Below are positions 49,380 to 63,320 of a stretch of 64,000 bases of DNA, one piece after another. Position 1 is the first letter of the stretch, and every line of letters begins with the position of its first letter. Origin of the DNA: Chiloscyllium plagiosum (lineage: Eukaryota); the NCBI RefSeq assembly GCF_004010195.1, contig NC_057718.1, positions 53,813,615-53,877,614 on the forward strand. Direction: 5' to 3'. Under the pieces are notes generated by a model. It had not been told where the DNA came from. It ran no database searches and saw only the letters and a list, made by a program, of their open reading frames with translations. The translations under genes were made by a program, and so were the position numbers.

Positions 49380-50730
49380 AAGAAATATTACTTCATTTAT
49401 CAAGGATAATGAGCTAAATAAGTAGATAATTTAGAACAAAATTTGGAAAATTTTAAGTCCTACCTCCAAATGTGATGACTATGAAGCAGTGTTTTAGCAC
49501 ATCCAAACAAGTTAATAAATTTTTTTTTACAATTCCAAAGATATTATTAATAAGTGATTTTTAAGAGGAGTGGTGAGGTTCCTTAGGACTGAATGAAGAT
49601 CTACAAGTATGGGAGTGCAGAAGGACTGGTGAAGATGTCAAGTGATATTTTGCAGTAGTATTTAGCAAGGAAGAGAATTTTGCCAAAAGTATAGTGAACA
49701 CGGAGGTTGCCATGATGTTGGTTAAGATAAACCAGGTAAAGAGGAGATACTAGAAAGATTGGTGGCATTTTAACTAAACCAGTGGATGGGATGTAACCTT
49801 TTTTTGTTGAGGGAATTAAGGATTTAAATTGCAGAGGTGCAAGTCCCAATCTCCCAGTCCTCCTTTGCTACAGAGTTGATGTAAAAAGGGACTAGAGAAC
49901 TGTAAATATTTTACTCTCATTCCAGATAAAGGAAACAAATGAACTTGGCAATAACAAGCAAGACAGTTCTGATAAGAAACAATAATCTGGGAAAAATTAA
50001 TTAGAGTGGATGAATTGAGTCAGCACATATTAGTTAAATGTAGATCGTGTTTGAATAATTTGACAACATTTGGATGAGGCAAATGAAGAAAGTTCAGTAA
50101 CTACTGTGTAGAGAGATTTCACATTGATGTTTCACAAAGTAACACACACTAGAGTCCTGCACCAGTTGTGTTTATCTTAATGGACTGCCCTTGTCAATCT
50201 TGCCCCTCACTAGCGATGTGGTGACCCTCATCTTAAATCAACACCAATCATCTTTGTTTAAGGAGAGAGCAGCCCTATGGGTTGGTAAGACTATAATGAC
50301 AGATTATCAACAGTTACAACCATAGGAATCAAAGAGGAAAAGTGGCATATATAGAAGATTGACTAAAATTGAAAAAGATGAGTTGTCATTTTTGTACTGG
50401 AGGAATGGATACAATGAGATCCCCAAGGAACATTGCTGTTTATGATGTTTAGTAGTGACTTGGATTTGGGAGCCTGGGTACAGTTTTGATATTTTCATGT
50501 GACACAAAACTTGAAAGAATACTAAACAATGCAGAAGATAGTGATGAATGAGTTAGAATTGACAGATATCTGATGAAAATCAATATTTGGAGGTGTGAAT
50601 GGAAGGAATGAGAAGGGTCAATGCAAACTAAATTGTACAATTTTAATGAAGACGCTGGAGTACGGAAAACTGAAATGTTTGTGCAGTAATCTCTGAAGGT
50701 GGTAGGACCGATTGACAAAGCAATTACATT
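49380..50730 (+). mobile_element. Highly decayed CR1 ORF2 remnant
   Basis: Remnants such as tagtatttagcaaggaagag, gagatccccaaggaa (GIPQG) and gacacaaaactt (DTKL). Confidence 0.55.
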
Positions 50731-50738
50731 TGAACCAC

Positions 50739-51429
50739 TGTAGAGACAACTGTTTAAAATAAATGAATTTCCCAGTGAGCAGGAAATAACTGAAAGACAG
50801 GATTTCACATTTAAGATTTAACTATAACAAACAGACTAACTTCAATATAGATGAAAAATCACTTCACAAACTAATAAACCAAAATAAAGAAAACATTATT
50901 AATACATTAACTAGCTAAAGGAACTGAGATACACATTGTATTCCTTCTCACTGGCCACTTTACTTCAGGCAGATGTGTAGCAGTACAAGAACACATCCAA
51001 ATTTCTTCCAACTCACTTCCCTTTGCCTTATGAGTTCAATACTTTAGTGTCCTTCAAAAGGCAGAATCCTTCAGAAATGAATTTCTGCCATGAAAGTCCG
51101 CCTCAGAGACTACTTGCTCCTTAAACATTAGTAACTTTCTTAAAGTTCTGTTCCTTTCATTTTAACATATAACATACTTTAACTAGCATCCTGCTTAGTT
51201 GTTAACACAAGACAGTCCTTCCCTCCGCTTCTCTGTGGCAGCTTCTCTAGTTCCCCCAAACAGCAGTATCCGCCTTGTCTCTCTCTCTTTCTCTCTCTTC
51301 AATAGCGGTCCCCAGGTACAGAATCTGTTACTTGATACTTCAACAAGTTTCTATTTGGATCTCTTCCCCATGGCAACCAAACTACATAAGCCTGTCCTCA
51401 GGCTGAAAGTTTTTAATGTGACCTCTACA
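50739..51429. mobile_element. Probable solo LTR
   Basis: 7-bp inverted termini tgtagag...ctctaca; interrupts CR1-like sequence; TSD not clean. Confidence 0.55.
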
Positions 51430-51737
51430 ATACTTTGTTTCACTGGAAGTTAAAGAAGCCATTTTAAAAGGAAACTATTTGCAATATTCAGCATTCATTG
51501 CAATTAATTAAGTATACAACACAGTGAAGATTAGTGGGAAGCCAGAGGATTGGGAAGCCTTTAAAAACCTGCAGAGGACATCCAGAAAAGCAATAATGAG
51601 AGAGAAGATGAAATATGAGAGAAAGCTGGCTAATAATATGAAAGAAGATTGCAAGAGCTATTTAAATATTTAAATGGTAGAAGAGAGGCACTAGAGGATA
51701 TTGGATTACTGGAAAATGAGGCTGGAGAAGCAGTAAT

Positions 51738-52042
51738 CATAGAATCATAAAATCCCTACAGTGTGGAAGCAGGTCATTCATTGTATCAAGCCCATCCAGA
51801 CCCAACCCTTACCCTATCCCTGTAACTCTGCATTTCCCTTGGCTAATCCAACTAGCTTATACATCCCTGGACACTATGGACATTTTAGCATAGCCAATCC
51901 ACCTAACCTGCACATCTTTGGACAGTGGGAGGAAACTGGAGGACCCGAAGGAAACACACACACATACACACGCAAGGCTGGAACTGAACTTAGGTCTCTG
52001 GTGCTGTGAGACAGCAGTGCTAACCACTGAGCTACTGTGCCA
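51738..52042 (-). mobile_element. HE1-type SINE
   Basis: catagaatc...cctacagtgtggaagcagg...acagcagtgctaaccactgagc. Confidence 0.88.
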
Positions 52043-52552
52043 CTAAATGAGAACAAAATAATGGCAGAGAAACTAAATAAGTACTTTGCAACAGTTTTCA
52101 CAGTGGAAGCCACCATCGACATACCAGATCTTCAAGACAGTCAGGGAGCAGAGGTGAGTGTAGTGGTCATCACTAAGAGAAGGTGCTGGGAAGCTCAAAG
52201 GGCTAAAGGTGGATAAACCACTCAGAAGAAATGGACTACATACCAGAGTTCAGAATGAGATAACTGAGAAGATTGTAGAGGCAATGATGGTGATCCTACA
52301 GGAATTACGAAAGTCATGAAGGTCCCTCAGGACTGGGAACTGGCTACTGTAATGCTCCAGTTTAAAAGGGAGAGAGGCAGAGGACAGGAAATTATACGCT
52401 GTTTAGCTTGACCTCGGTTGTTGGTAAGATTTTAGAGTCCGTTATTTAGGACAGAGATAGTTATGTTCTTGATTAGTAAAGGGATCAAGGGTTATGGGGA
52501 GAGGGCAAAAGAATAAGGTTGAGAAACATATAAGCCATGAACAAATGGCAGG

Positions 52553-52670
52553 AGGCAAAAAAGCTGCAGGTGCTGGAATCCAAAGTAGACAGGCAGGAGG
52601 CTGGAAGAACACAGCAAGCCAGGCAGCATCAGGAGGTGGAGAAGTCGACATTCTGGGTGTAACCCTTCAG
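52553..52670 (-). mobile_element. PLE terminal fragment inserted in a CR1 tail
   Basis: ctgcaggtgctgga...ggcagcatc...gtcgacattc...cccttcag resembles the PLE termini. Confidence 0.65.
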
Positions 52671-55600
52671 ACACAATGGTCTGAATGGCTTAATGCTGCT
52701 CCTACATCTTATGTTCTTATAGTGAACAATTTGGATTTTTGACATGATAAATGGAAGTGAAGTTCAGAATTTTTGTCTCTACCTCTTGCCCAGGAACACC
52801 TGGGAGATATGGTCATAGAAATTTGTGTGATAGGACATAGAGCACCATGCCTATTGTTTACCTGCCTCTGCTGGAATTTTACCAGCAACAGGGTTAATGC
52901 TAGATGGACCCTGTGCCCTTAAGCTAACTACTGCTGACCTCAATGCCTTTCAAGCCTGCCACTGATACTTTTCCAACAGTGAGCTTCTACATCACATGGC
53001 ATAGTGGGATATGATTTCAGGAGGAGAATAGGGGTTTGGGACAGGGGCAGGGGGCGTGCTATCCATATATGCCTGGGTGTCAATATGGAATTTTAGTCCT
53101 AATGTGTGACTATATCTATAACTTCTGGCATATCTATACCTATTGGACAATCTGCACAATAAAATGGATAGAGTGCAAATCGAATTGTCAATCAATATTG
53201 GCTGACTTGTATTATTTTGAATTTATACCCCATGGGGCCTACAGTAAAAATTCAGTATTGCTTCTTGAAAGTACACTTATAAATAAAATGTGAGTCCAAA
53301 ATGTTACATTTTCCTCCTCATAGCTTTAACTAGAATAAGCATAAGCCTTCAATTTTCATGAAAAGTTTACGAAGAATCCACACAGAGTTCTTTTCCCTTA
53401 GAACAACTGTTTTTGTAGTCAATGATCAAAGCATTTGTAAATATGTGGGTGTTTTCCAATTTAGTTTCACTGAATCATATTTTTAACAGCAGAAAAAATA
53501 TCGTTGTATAGCATTCAAGGTGGATGACGGGATTTACCGTAATATCACCAGAGAATAGTGAAAGATTAACTGTACATAAATCCACAAAGAGATGTCCTTC
53601 AACAATATAAAAATAATTGGTATAGTTGCTCATCTCAGCTTCTCTGTGTTGAGTAAGACAAATAAAAGCACAATCCATTGATAGTAAAGTAAGAATTAAT
53701 GAGAAAAATCACTTCACAACCTTACTTTTCAATATTGATTCACATCTCATTTTTCAGCTTTCTGGCAGGAAATGTATTTTTGGTGTTTCGTCTTGAACAA
53801 TGAAAAAATATTGATTTATATAATCTATCATTTCCTTATTATCTACCACAATCTCACTGTCTTGTAGTTAAGTATACACGTTATTTACTGTTTTTCCTCT
53901 TTAAATACTCGATGAAACTCTTGCTATCAGTTTGTATATTTCTAGACCTCGCATTCTCCAATTTATTCTTTCTGATTAACCTTTTCATCAATCTCCATTG
54001 TTCTTTATGTTCTAAGCGCTCTTCTGACTTACCACATCTTTCACATTAAATGACCCCTGCTTCACTGCTTTTCGAGACAGAGTTCCAAAGACTGACAATC
54101 CACCAAGACAATTTTAAACATTGCTACTATTAAGCCAAATGCTTGTTGTTATAAAGGACTGTGCACTTGAGTGAAATATTTGTTGTTACAAGGCTTCATT
54201 TACTTGAACGAATGTAAATGCAATAACATTGTTTCTTTATTTATGAGAGAATTATGCTCAATATGATGAAGTCCAGAACAAATATTTCAAACTTTATTTT
54301 ATAGAACTTTATATATATTTCATTTAAGTATGGGTGCTAAGGTCTGCCCATAGTGAATGCTAGATTAGTTGACTTGGTAGGTGTTAAGAATAAATGGTGA
54401 TAGCTGGGGAGTACGGATTGGCATAAACTGGCTTAGGGACTATAAAGGGGCATGGAGGTACAGGGATATAAGTTGCTCTGGAGTGCATGAGGGGACATGT
54501 GGGTGGGCAGGAGAACACTGGCTTGGATAGAGATTATGAAGGGTCATGAGGAATAGGTACAGATGGGGCATGGAGTGTGAATGGGAGAGGGAGATGATGG
54601 GGAGAGAATCTGAAAAATTAGAACTGGAGAAATGGTATTTGGTTTATTCTTTCATTATCCAATTTCACACAGTGCCAGTGCAACAGAAGCCCCCTTCCAT
54701 ACTTGGCAGCGTCCGCACACATTCTGAGTTTTCCCAACCCATCAGGGAGTTGTGTCATCTCAAAAGGAAAACCTCCAACTATCCTGATACTGCTCTCCCT
54801 AACCAAGTGTGAAAATCCAGGACTATGTCTTGCATGTTAATAAAACCTAGTCAGTTTTATATTAATGTATGGCAATATTAAAAATCAAATCACTCCATAT
54901 TTCACAACATTGAGGCATTTTCAGAATTAAAACAGAATTAGTTTTGAGAGTTTCCCTTGGACACTGTTCCTTTAAGAGCTACTGCATCACCCCTGCACTA
55001 AATAGACAGTGTACAAGGCTCCCTGATAAAAATTTTGTGTGTCAATTTCCTAATCCAACTAATGGAAGTGGAGCAAATGTCATTACAACCGTCTACAGTA
55101 CTGTCAGGGGCCAACATAAATCTTTTTTTTTATCTAAGTTAGCTGATAACCTTCAAGAATTGCCCCCCAGAGAATGAGGTTGAGAAGCATGTCAGCCATG
55201 ATGGAATGTTGGAGCAGACTCAATGGGCTGACTGGCCTAATTCTGCACCTGCAGCTTATGGTTTTTTGGCTTTATAGTCTGTGGGAGATTAATGGTCAAT
55301 CTTCAGGAAGCTGCCACAAGCAAAACCCAGGAATATAATGACCAGAGAGTTAGAGCATGTTATTCTGTTTTTGAAAAAAATTATTGGTTTCAAAAACTTG
55401 GATATGGAGATCATATAATAAAACCTCATGGAAGGAGTCAAACTAGAGTTGGCAACTCTACTTCAGGCCTCAAGCATTGATTACTAAATGGCATACAACA
55501 TCACCTCTGATAGGTGACCATGATATTCAACCTTAACCTCTCATGTGACTGGAATCCATGCAATGGTAATGCATACATTTTTGCATTGCTGTGAATACAG

Positions 55601-56459
55601 ATTTCTAATGATTTAAGCTTACTATCTACTGTTTAGCAATATTCAAAGACACGTAGAGCTGGTGGCGATTATTTTATTCCACTCTGCAAACTGTTGCTTT
55701 CTTGCCCCAAATAGAAAAACTGTCTAGCAAGACTACATTGAGAATTTCTTCCAAATTTCTGCATAGCTTTTCTGGAACTGTGAAGGAAACCCCAATTTGG
55801 ACACACATGGGGTTTCCAACAAAGCTGTGATAGAGAGTAGGAATAGTGTGAGAAAATACCAGTTTCACGTCAATGAGAATCTCACTTGATAATCGTTTGC
55901 AATTGCATAAACTAGTTGAGAGAACACAGAGCCTGTAAATTATGTAAAAGTTAATTGATTTAAGTTAAAGTATAAATCAATATTAGATTAAACACTTTGC
56001 ACAAAGAATCATACATTTCTTTGCAAGTTCCAACAAAAATGTTTAGAATGGAATTCGATTAGGGATATTTGGTTAGCAATGCTCCACAATATACAGTGGC
56101 TTCTTGTCTCAAGGGATCTGTCTGATAAATGGAAATACAACAGCTAATACTATTGTAAAGTGAAGAATGTTCCAAACTTATGAGGAAGCAAGTAATAAAA
56201 AGACTCCAAAAGTTCAAACTTTTTCCATTATTGATTATTGCTTCAGTGCAAGCCACACATAAAGTCTTGTCATCAGCAAGACAACTAGGTCAATCAGCTA
56301 CTACAGCTTATAACATACCTTGTTCTGAAAGGCATCAAATAATTAGATTGCAGTTCAACAACTCAGCTCAGAAATAATTTGTGGGTATGGTTGGAAGCTT
56401 CTTTCTGAAAAACCAATCAGAGTGGTTTGAAAGTGCATCCATGTAGTAGAAAAATTAAA

Positions 56460-56757
56460 TTAGATTAGATTACTTACAGTGTGGAAACAGGCCCTTTGGC
56501 CCAACAAGTCCACACCGACCAGCCGAAGCGCAACCCACCCATACCCCTACATTTACCCCTTTAACCTAACACTACAGGCAATTTAGCATGGCCAATTCAC
56601 CTGACCTGCACATCTTTGGACTGTGGGAGGAAACCGGAGCACCCGGAGGAAACCCACGCAGACACGGGGAGAATGTGCAAACTCCACACAGTCAGTCGCC
56701 TGAGTCGGGAATTGAACCCGGGTCTCTGGTGCTAACCACTGTGCCACCGTGCCGCCC
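56460..56757 (-). mobile_element. HE1-type SINE (young copy)
   Basis: Close reverse complement of 62294-62615 with CpGs retained; (tagat)n tail. Confidence 0.95.
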
Positions 56758-57944
56758 ACAAATATTGATGCATACCCAAAACTTAGCTAGTATTATATGA
56801 CAACTAAATTCTAGCATTTACTAGACAAATACTGTAGTACAAGTTTGAATTGAGGAGTTTATGTTAAGAGCAAGAAATGAAAGTTGGGATGGAGAGGTTG
56901 CTATGTTATAGGGAGCAGCCTGAAGAAAATACATGTTTTGTGTCTGTTAATATAAATGTGTCAGAAAGGCACAGACTCAGGACATTTAATCAGATTATTG
57001 AAGCTAGAGTAAATGATCAGTAATCTGAAGTTAACAGTATAACAAAAGACATAAGGAATCAGACAATTAGAAAGTTCAAGTTATGTGTTGACTTAGATTC
57101 AAATTCTATCACTCCATGCCAACATGTTTGCAGGTGGATAGAGAGTGCTAGTAAAATTCTCTGGGTGACATATTCGCCTTACACCTGCCTACTCCGTCCT
57201 GCCCCCGAACTCCAAATTATCTGCATTTTTACTTGGAGTGGCCAATTAGTCACCGCAATTTTGAGCCTGGTGTGAGGAATTTGAATGCAGAGAAGTCTCA
57301 TGGGTGATTCCTCCTGCTCTGGCCTCTCCAATATGACCCTCTCCTCCCTTCTCACTGTTTTCCTCAGGTCTCATTGATACAGAAAGGTGGTAGACCCTTC
57401 TGCTAATTAAACCAAACACCTAGAAAAGCACAGCTCGCCTCATTATCTGTTAAAGTATGAGTGACTGAGAACTCCAAAATCTACTATTTAAAGAAAATAA
57501 TATCAAACATTCAATAACTCTAAAAGTGAACATTAAACAACAACTATTTACAACTCTAAGCCACTTTTCTCTTAAATGTTTGTTATCTGCCTCCAACTCT
57601 ATAACAATATACTGTTCCATTAAAAGCCAATATTAAAAATAAATCAACTTAATTTCAAAACCACACAGCACTGTTGTCTCTAGTGCCCTCCTTCTTTTAG
57701 CTGAAGATCTCCCTGGATCATCTTCGGTCTTCTACTGCAAAGATGTTTCATATGAAAAAGGTACCTTTGACAGAGAGTGTTTTGAATGGCAGTCTTTCTT
57801 GATGACAGTTACTCTCTGTCTAACTTTCAAACTGTCTGCCTCTTTTATCCCCCCAACATCAGATTGTCTCATTGGTTCGATGTTGGCAAAACAATAAATT
57901 CAAAATCGATTGGGGTTTAGTATCCTGGGGCATAAATTAAACTG

Positions 57945-58155
57945 GAGGAGAAAGTGAGGACTGCAGATGCTGGAGATCAGAGCTGAAAATGTGTTGCTAG
58001 AAAAGCACAGCAGGTCAGGCAGCATCCAAGGGACAGGAGAATCGACATTTCAGGCATAAGCCCTTCTTCAGGCGAAGGGCTTAGCCCGAAACGTCGATTC
58101 TCCTGTTCCTTGGATGCTGCCTGACCTGCTGAGCTTTTCCAGCAACACATTTTCA
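57945..58155. mobile_element. PLE-terminus fold-back insertion
   Basis: Arms 57982-58066 and 58074-58157 are near-perfect reverse complements; 15-bp TSD GCATAAATTAAACTG at 57930-57944 and 58156-58170. Confidence 0.92.
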
Positions 58156-58292
58156 GCATAAATTAAACTGAATGGTTAAATTTGAATTGTTGTCAAAAAT
58201 AGCATCCAATGCAGGTATCTGTTTCATAGCCAAATGTTACATATTTTCAATTTTCCAGTACACTCTGAGACTCCTAACTAGTCATATGACAG

Positions 58293-59050
58293 GTGCCCAC
58301 CCTATCTGCATTCTGTAGAGACATTCCCTCTACGACACCTTTGCTAGGTCCACACCCCCCACTAAGCCACCCTCCACTCCTGGCACTTTCCTTTGCTACT
58401 GCAAGAGGTGTAAAACCTGTGTCCACACTTCCCCCCCTCACCTCCATCCAAGGCCCCAAAGGATCCTTCCACATCTGACAGAGATTTTCCTGCACCTCCA
58501 CACATGTCATCTACTGTGTCCCTTGTTCTCAATGTGGTCTCCTCCCATCCCATTCCACCAATGACATGCAAGTCCTGTGTCTTCTCCATCACCAAACTTG
58601 AGCCACCTGATGCCGAGAGGAAGAACATCTCACCTTGGGACCCTCCAACCACATGGGATCTATGTAGATTTCACCAGTTTCTTCATCTCCCCTTCCCCCA
58701 CTTTATCCCAGGTCCAATCCTCCAACTCAGCACCACCCTCATGCACTGTCCTACCTGTCCATCTTCCTTCCCACCTATGCAGTCCACCTTCCACTCCAAC
58801 CTATCACCATCATCCCCCACCTTCATCTACCTATCACATTCCTAGCTACCTTTACCCCAGCCCCAAAACCCTCCCATTTATCTCTCAGCCCCCTTGGCAC
58901 CCCTACACCTCCACCCCCACATTCCTGATGAAGGGGTTATGCTCAAAACGTTGACTCTCGTGCTCTTCGGATGCTGCCTGACCTGATGTGCTTTTCCAGC
59001 ACTACACTTTTTGACTGACCTCGAGCATCTGCAGTCCTCCCTTTCTCCTT
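58293..59050 (+). mobile_element. Decayed Neptune-like PLE (GIY-YIG region and terminus)
   Basis: LTSIQGPKGSFHI; homologous to the reverse complement of 20833-21700; cctgatgaaggggttatgctcaaaacg at 58924. Confidence 0.85.
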
Positions 59051-61394
59051 GGTGCTTGTAAGCTCTCAGTGGAAAACACATTCACTCTCTCTTAAAGGTA
59101 CAGTACACGCCTTCAACGTCATAACATTCATCACACCTTACTAGTGTGAGAACTCCCACAGTTACCTGGTTCTTGAACTCCTAGACTTAGGACCTGGAGT
59201 CTGGTTGTCATTCAGTTGTAGTTATTGCTTGTATTGATGGTGCTGGCACTTACAGGACTGCTGCCTGATCAGATTGGTCAGCAGCTTTCTGAGATAGGAA
59301 TTCTGCCTGGGTGAGGGGGGAAAGTCCTGTCTCCAGCCGATGAACACTGCTCAGAGCATTAAATGGGTGTCAGGCTGATGTGAGTATTGAACACGTGTTC
59401 CCCACTGACTTTTCGGGGGGAAAGGTTGCGTAAGGAACCACACCATCTGAAAATTCCTGCCAGTATATCTTCAAGTCAAATGGATCTAAAAAAGTAAGTT
59501 AGCAACTTATCTCAGAGTGATTTTTATTAATTAATGAAGAATTTCAATTGGTATTTGTAGCAGCTTTAATGGCCTCAGGCATCCTAAAGTACTTAATTGT
59601 GCGTTTTAACAACAATGCCATCATGCATAACTCCAATGTCAAAATCTTCTTTGCACTGAAGACAGTAAGACTGACAGCAAAATGCCAGAATACTATCCTG
59701 AAATTCCTGAAATGCTGCAGAAAATTTCAGTCTGTTGAAATATTTTATCAGGACATGGTGCAATTATTTAACTTCACGGATCTGCCACACAATTGGACAG
59801 CCTCATTTCTGCTAAGGAAACCTGTGAATTGATTATCAAGCAAGGAAAATTAAGTTGTTAATATGTCAGAATATCCCCCTCCGTCCCTCTTCATGCTTTG
59901 AGTCAACATTCAGATCTTAGTAATATATTCCTATTTAAAAAACGTATTAAGAACTTTTAAATTGCTGTTCTGAAAACTCTGTTATTATCTGATTTCACTG
60001 CATCAAATTTATCCATATTTGCATTATTAGAACTAAATCCCAAGTGAATTAAGATTCTACTGCCTATTAAGCAAGAACTGATGATGACCACTGTCTGTTT
60101 GAAATGATGATTTAGTCTGATGATTTTACCCCGGTTAGTTAAAGGAAGTGTAACTTTCAAAGCCAAAGTAGTACACTCATCCATAATAGCTCATACTCTT
60201 TCTATTCAAAGGGACTTTTGAGACAGTTTTGTTTCCCAAGAATGTAGCTATTAACAAAATCGAAAACAGCAGTTTATTGCAGTCAACCTTCACTTAGTAG
60301 TCCAGACCAAGCAGAAAACCACATATAAAGTGAACCTCGAGAATAAATTGAGCACTGCTTCAATGACAGTGTATTACAAATGTTCTTTCATTCAAGTCAA
60401 AGACAATCATAAGTCAGTTATGCCTGCAGAGCTTATGATTTATATTCTTTCTCACATGTGAAGGAACTTCCATAAGGTACTATCAGTGATGCGGTATCAT
60501 ATTTATCAGCTCACTTTTCCCTTCTAACTGTCTATAATTCATTTTCAAACCAGAACAATTAATATTTTACTAGGCAGCAACTTTTAAATGTTAGTAAATT
60601 AATAAATGTGAGATTGGGTCAGAGAAGTGCCCTTTTTTCCTTCAATCTCTAATATCATTTGCTAAGCGCCTTGTAGAAACATCAAATCAATAAACCAGTT
60701 GAATATATCACTTTTGTGATCTGGGAGTGCATATTTACATTGCCTGCTGGAGCCATAATTCTCAAAAGTGAAAGCTTAAAGGCAAAATATACACTTGTGG
60801 ATTATTAAATTACTATTGGCAAGTTGCACAAAGATTCTAGAATTATTCAAAATGCCGTACAAAGGCTCCAGTGATCCTCCATCACAAAAAATAAACAAAT
60901 ATATCATCAATAGCTGAATTCCAAGAAATCTATGCAAACAATAGCTACAATTTACAGTCAACTAATACTGAAAACAAAGCGAAGGCCTACCGTATATTGT
61001 GATACTTCTGCTGCATAACCAGCAGAAAATTGGTGGACTTCCAACAGAAGACTTTTCACTTCATTTTTTTTCCAAACCTTGAACCTTGAACTGATTAGCA
61101 ATGACCTGCTTAACCAAGTGAAAGCTGCAGGATGGTGAAGTCCAACCCTTTCAAGCTATTAAAAGAATATGCCTCAAACCCAGGCTAGGTGACAAAAATG
61201 AAGAAAGCAACCACTGCCATTGACCATTATTTTCTGTTCCATGCAATCTACCTTCTAAGCATGTAGAAAGTAAAGAACTTGCAAGAATGTGTTCTTTGCT
61301 GAAGGCCCTCTTAAGCCCTCACTACAGTATTGGGTGCTTTATGACCAATACCATACTTTAGAAGTACAGTCACAGCTGTAGTTCCAGAAGGTTT

Positions 61395-62080
61395 CATATA
61401 TTAATGCCTGGTGTACTGATAGTAATAAGGTCAACCAGCTAGACCTCAAAGAATATGAGTTTCCTGATTGAGACTATTCATCTGGTTCAATCACAGTGCC
61501 CTGGATGATATGAAAAGATTGGAGTCCAGGGTTTGACTTGGTATGAGGCAGTGTTATAGTCAAGGACTGTTCATGTTAAACAAAGGGCAGCTTCTGTGGA
61601 ATTATTTCACCTGTAATAGGGTTGTACTATGAGGAAAAGTCTGCTCAGGTGAGGTTTATATCAGTTTCAGTTTAGAGGAGGAAGAGCTGACTTGATTGAA
61701 ATATATAAGATCCTGGGGGAGGAGGGATCTTGATAGAGTAGGTGTGGAAAGAATATTTTCTCTTATGGAAGAATCTAGGGAACACTATTTACAAATGGGG
61801 GAGGGAGGGGTTGCGCATTTAAGGTGGAGATAAGGAAAAGTTTTTTTTATTTAGAATTTTGAGAGTCTTTGGAACTTTGTTCCTCAAAAAACAGTGGAGG
61901 CAGATATTTTTAAGACAGTTGGAGGTAGCTTCTTGTGAGACACAAGGGTGAAATATTATCAATGTTAGGCAAAAAAAACTGTGGACTTGAGGTAACAATC
62001 AAAGCACCCATAATCTTATGAAATGGTGGAATAGGCTCAAAGATCCAGGTGTCCTACTCTGCTCCTAATTTGTATGTTTG
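61395..62080 (+). mobile_element. Decayed CR1 3' fragment interrupted by a solo LTR
   Basis: gacttgattgaaatatataagatcctg (DLIE.YKIL); ttggaact; tail cctactctgctcctaattt. Confidence 0.7.
61412..61609 (+). mobile_element. Older solo LTR of the same Gypsy family (no insert, target region diverged)
   Basis: tgtactga...agacctcaaagaatatgagtttcctgatt...ggaattatttca; TSD cctgg (61407-61411) / cctgt (61610-61614). Confidence 0.8.
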
Positions 62081-62293
62081 CATATCATGTAGGAAAGGAT
62101 ATCAACAAATTTATACGCATTGTCAGACAAACAGTCGAGGGTTAAATCACCAATTGGTCTATGGACTGTCCATTAATCTACTAATTTTGAAAGGACAGCA
62201 CTCTGACAACTGGATTAGAATGTCATATGCATTTTGAAAGGAAGCAAAATAACAAAGAGCTCATAATGGTGTGAAGTTCACAAGTTAAATTGT

Positions 62294-62615
62294 GGGCGGT
62301 ACTGTGGCACAGTGGTTAGCACTGCTGCCTCACAGTGCCAGAGACCCGGGTTCAATTCCTGCCTCAGGCGACTGACTGTGTGGAGTTTGCACATTCTCCC
62401 CGTGTCTGCATGGGTTTCCTCCGGGTGCTCCGGTTTCCTCCCACAGTACAAAAATGTGCAAGTTAGGTGAATTGGCCATGCTAAATTGCCCGTAGTGTTA
62501 GGTGAAGGGGTAAATGTAGGGGAATGGGTCTGGGTGCGTTGTGCTTCGGCGGATCGGTGTGGACTTGTTGGACCGAAGGGCCTGTTTCCACACTGTAAGT
62601 AAGTAATCTCATCTA
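62294..62615 (+). mobile_element. HE1-type tRNA-derived SINE, full length
   Basis: A box TGGCACAGTGG, B box GGTTCAATTCC, V-SINE-type body, CR1-like tail gggcctgtttccacactgt. Confidence 0.95.
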
Positions 62616-62939
62616 AATTTGTAACTAATTCACTCTTCCTTCATTGTGGCTAGGTCAAAGTCCTGGAATAGCTTTTCTAACAGTAATGTGGGAACACCTA
62701 CATTCACATAGCCTGCAGCAGTTTAGGACGATGAACCCAGATACCTTCTCAAAGGGGCAACAGCTGCTGGCTTGTGCACAAATTTCATGGATGAATAAAA
62801 CCAAGTTGGTGGAACCTTGCTGAATTGGAATAAATCCAACTGCTTTCCGACATTCACATTTCAGCATTGTGCAAATTCACCAAAATTAAGCCAGGGGGTT
62901 AAAGAATTATCCAAGTTAATTAAATTTGGCTTGTAATCG

Positions 62940-63320
62940 TTTCAGTGTGCAAGGTTCAGGGAGGATTTAATCGAGGGATGTGAAATGTCAAACAACTTTT
63001 TGAAGGCACATACCGATAGAAGCTGTTCAGAGAAGCTAGACCAAAGGACACAATCTAAAAACTGGGTCTTAACTCTTTGGGAATGACTCTTTGGGAATGA
63101 AGCATAATTAACACAACAGATAATGTAAAGCTACAACTTGTTTTCCAAAAAGCTATTGCAGCTACGTCAATTGCAATTTTCAAACAAGGATTGGTAGATC
63201 TTTTGTTTGATAAAGTTATCAGCAAATTGATGGAAAGTGTAAAGGCATTTGAGGTGTAGTTCTGTCACGATTTTATTAAATGTTAGAACAGACTCAAAGG
63301 GATAAGTGTTCTCTTCCTAG
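62940..63320 (+). mobile_element. Very decayed CR1 3' fragment
   Basis: gggaggatttaatcgag (R.DLIE), agaccaaaggacacaatctaaaa (T.GH.LK). Confidence 0.5.

Larger units (their letters stand above)
51455..52720 (+). mobile_element. CR1 LINE fragment with HE1 and PLE insertions
   Basis: MAEKLNKYFATVFTVE; DWELATV...FK..RQRTGNY.LFSLTSVVGKILES; tail gctcctacatcttatgttcttat. Confidence 0.85.
57375..59126. mobile_element. Solo LTR with two nested PLE insertions
   Basis: Termini tgata...ataaca; near-TSD ctcat (57370-57374) / ttcat (59127-59131). Confidence 0.55.

Noticed and set aside
62294..62370. tRNA gene
   Set aside because: The A/B boxes belong to the HE1 SINE head; there is no complete cloverleaf and it continues into the SINE body.
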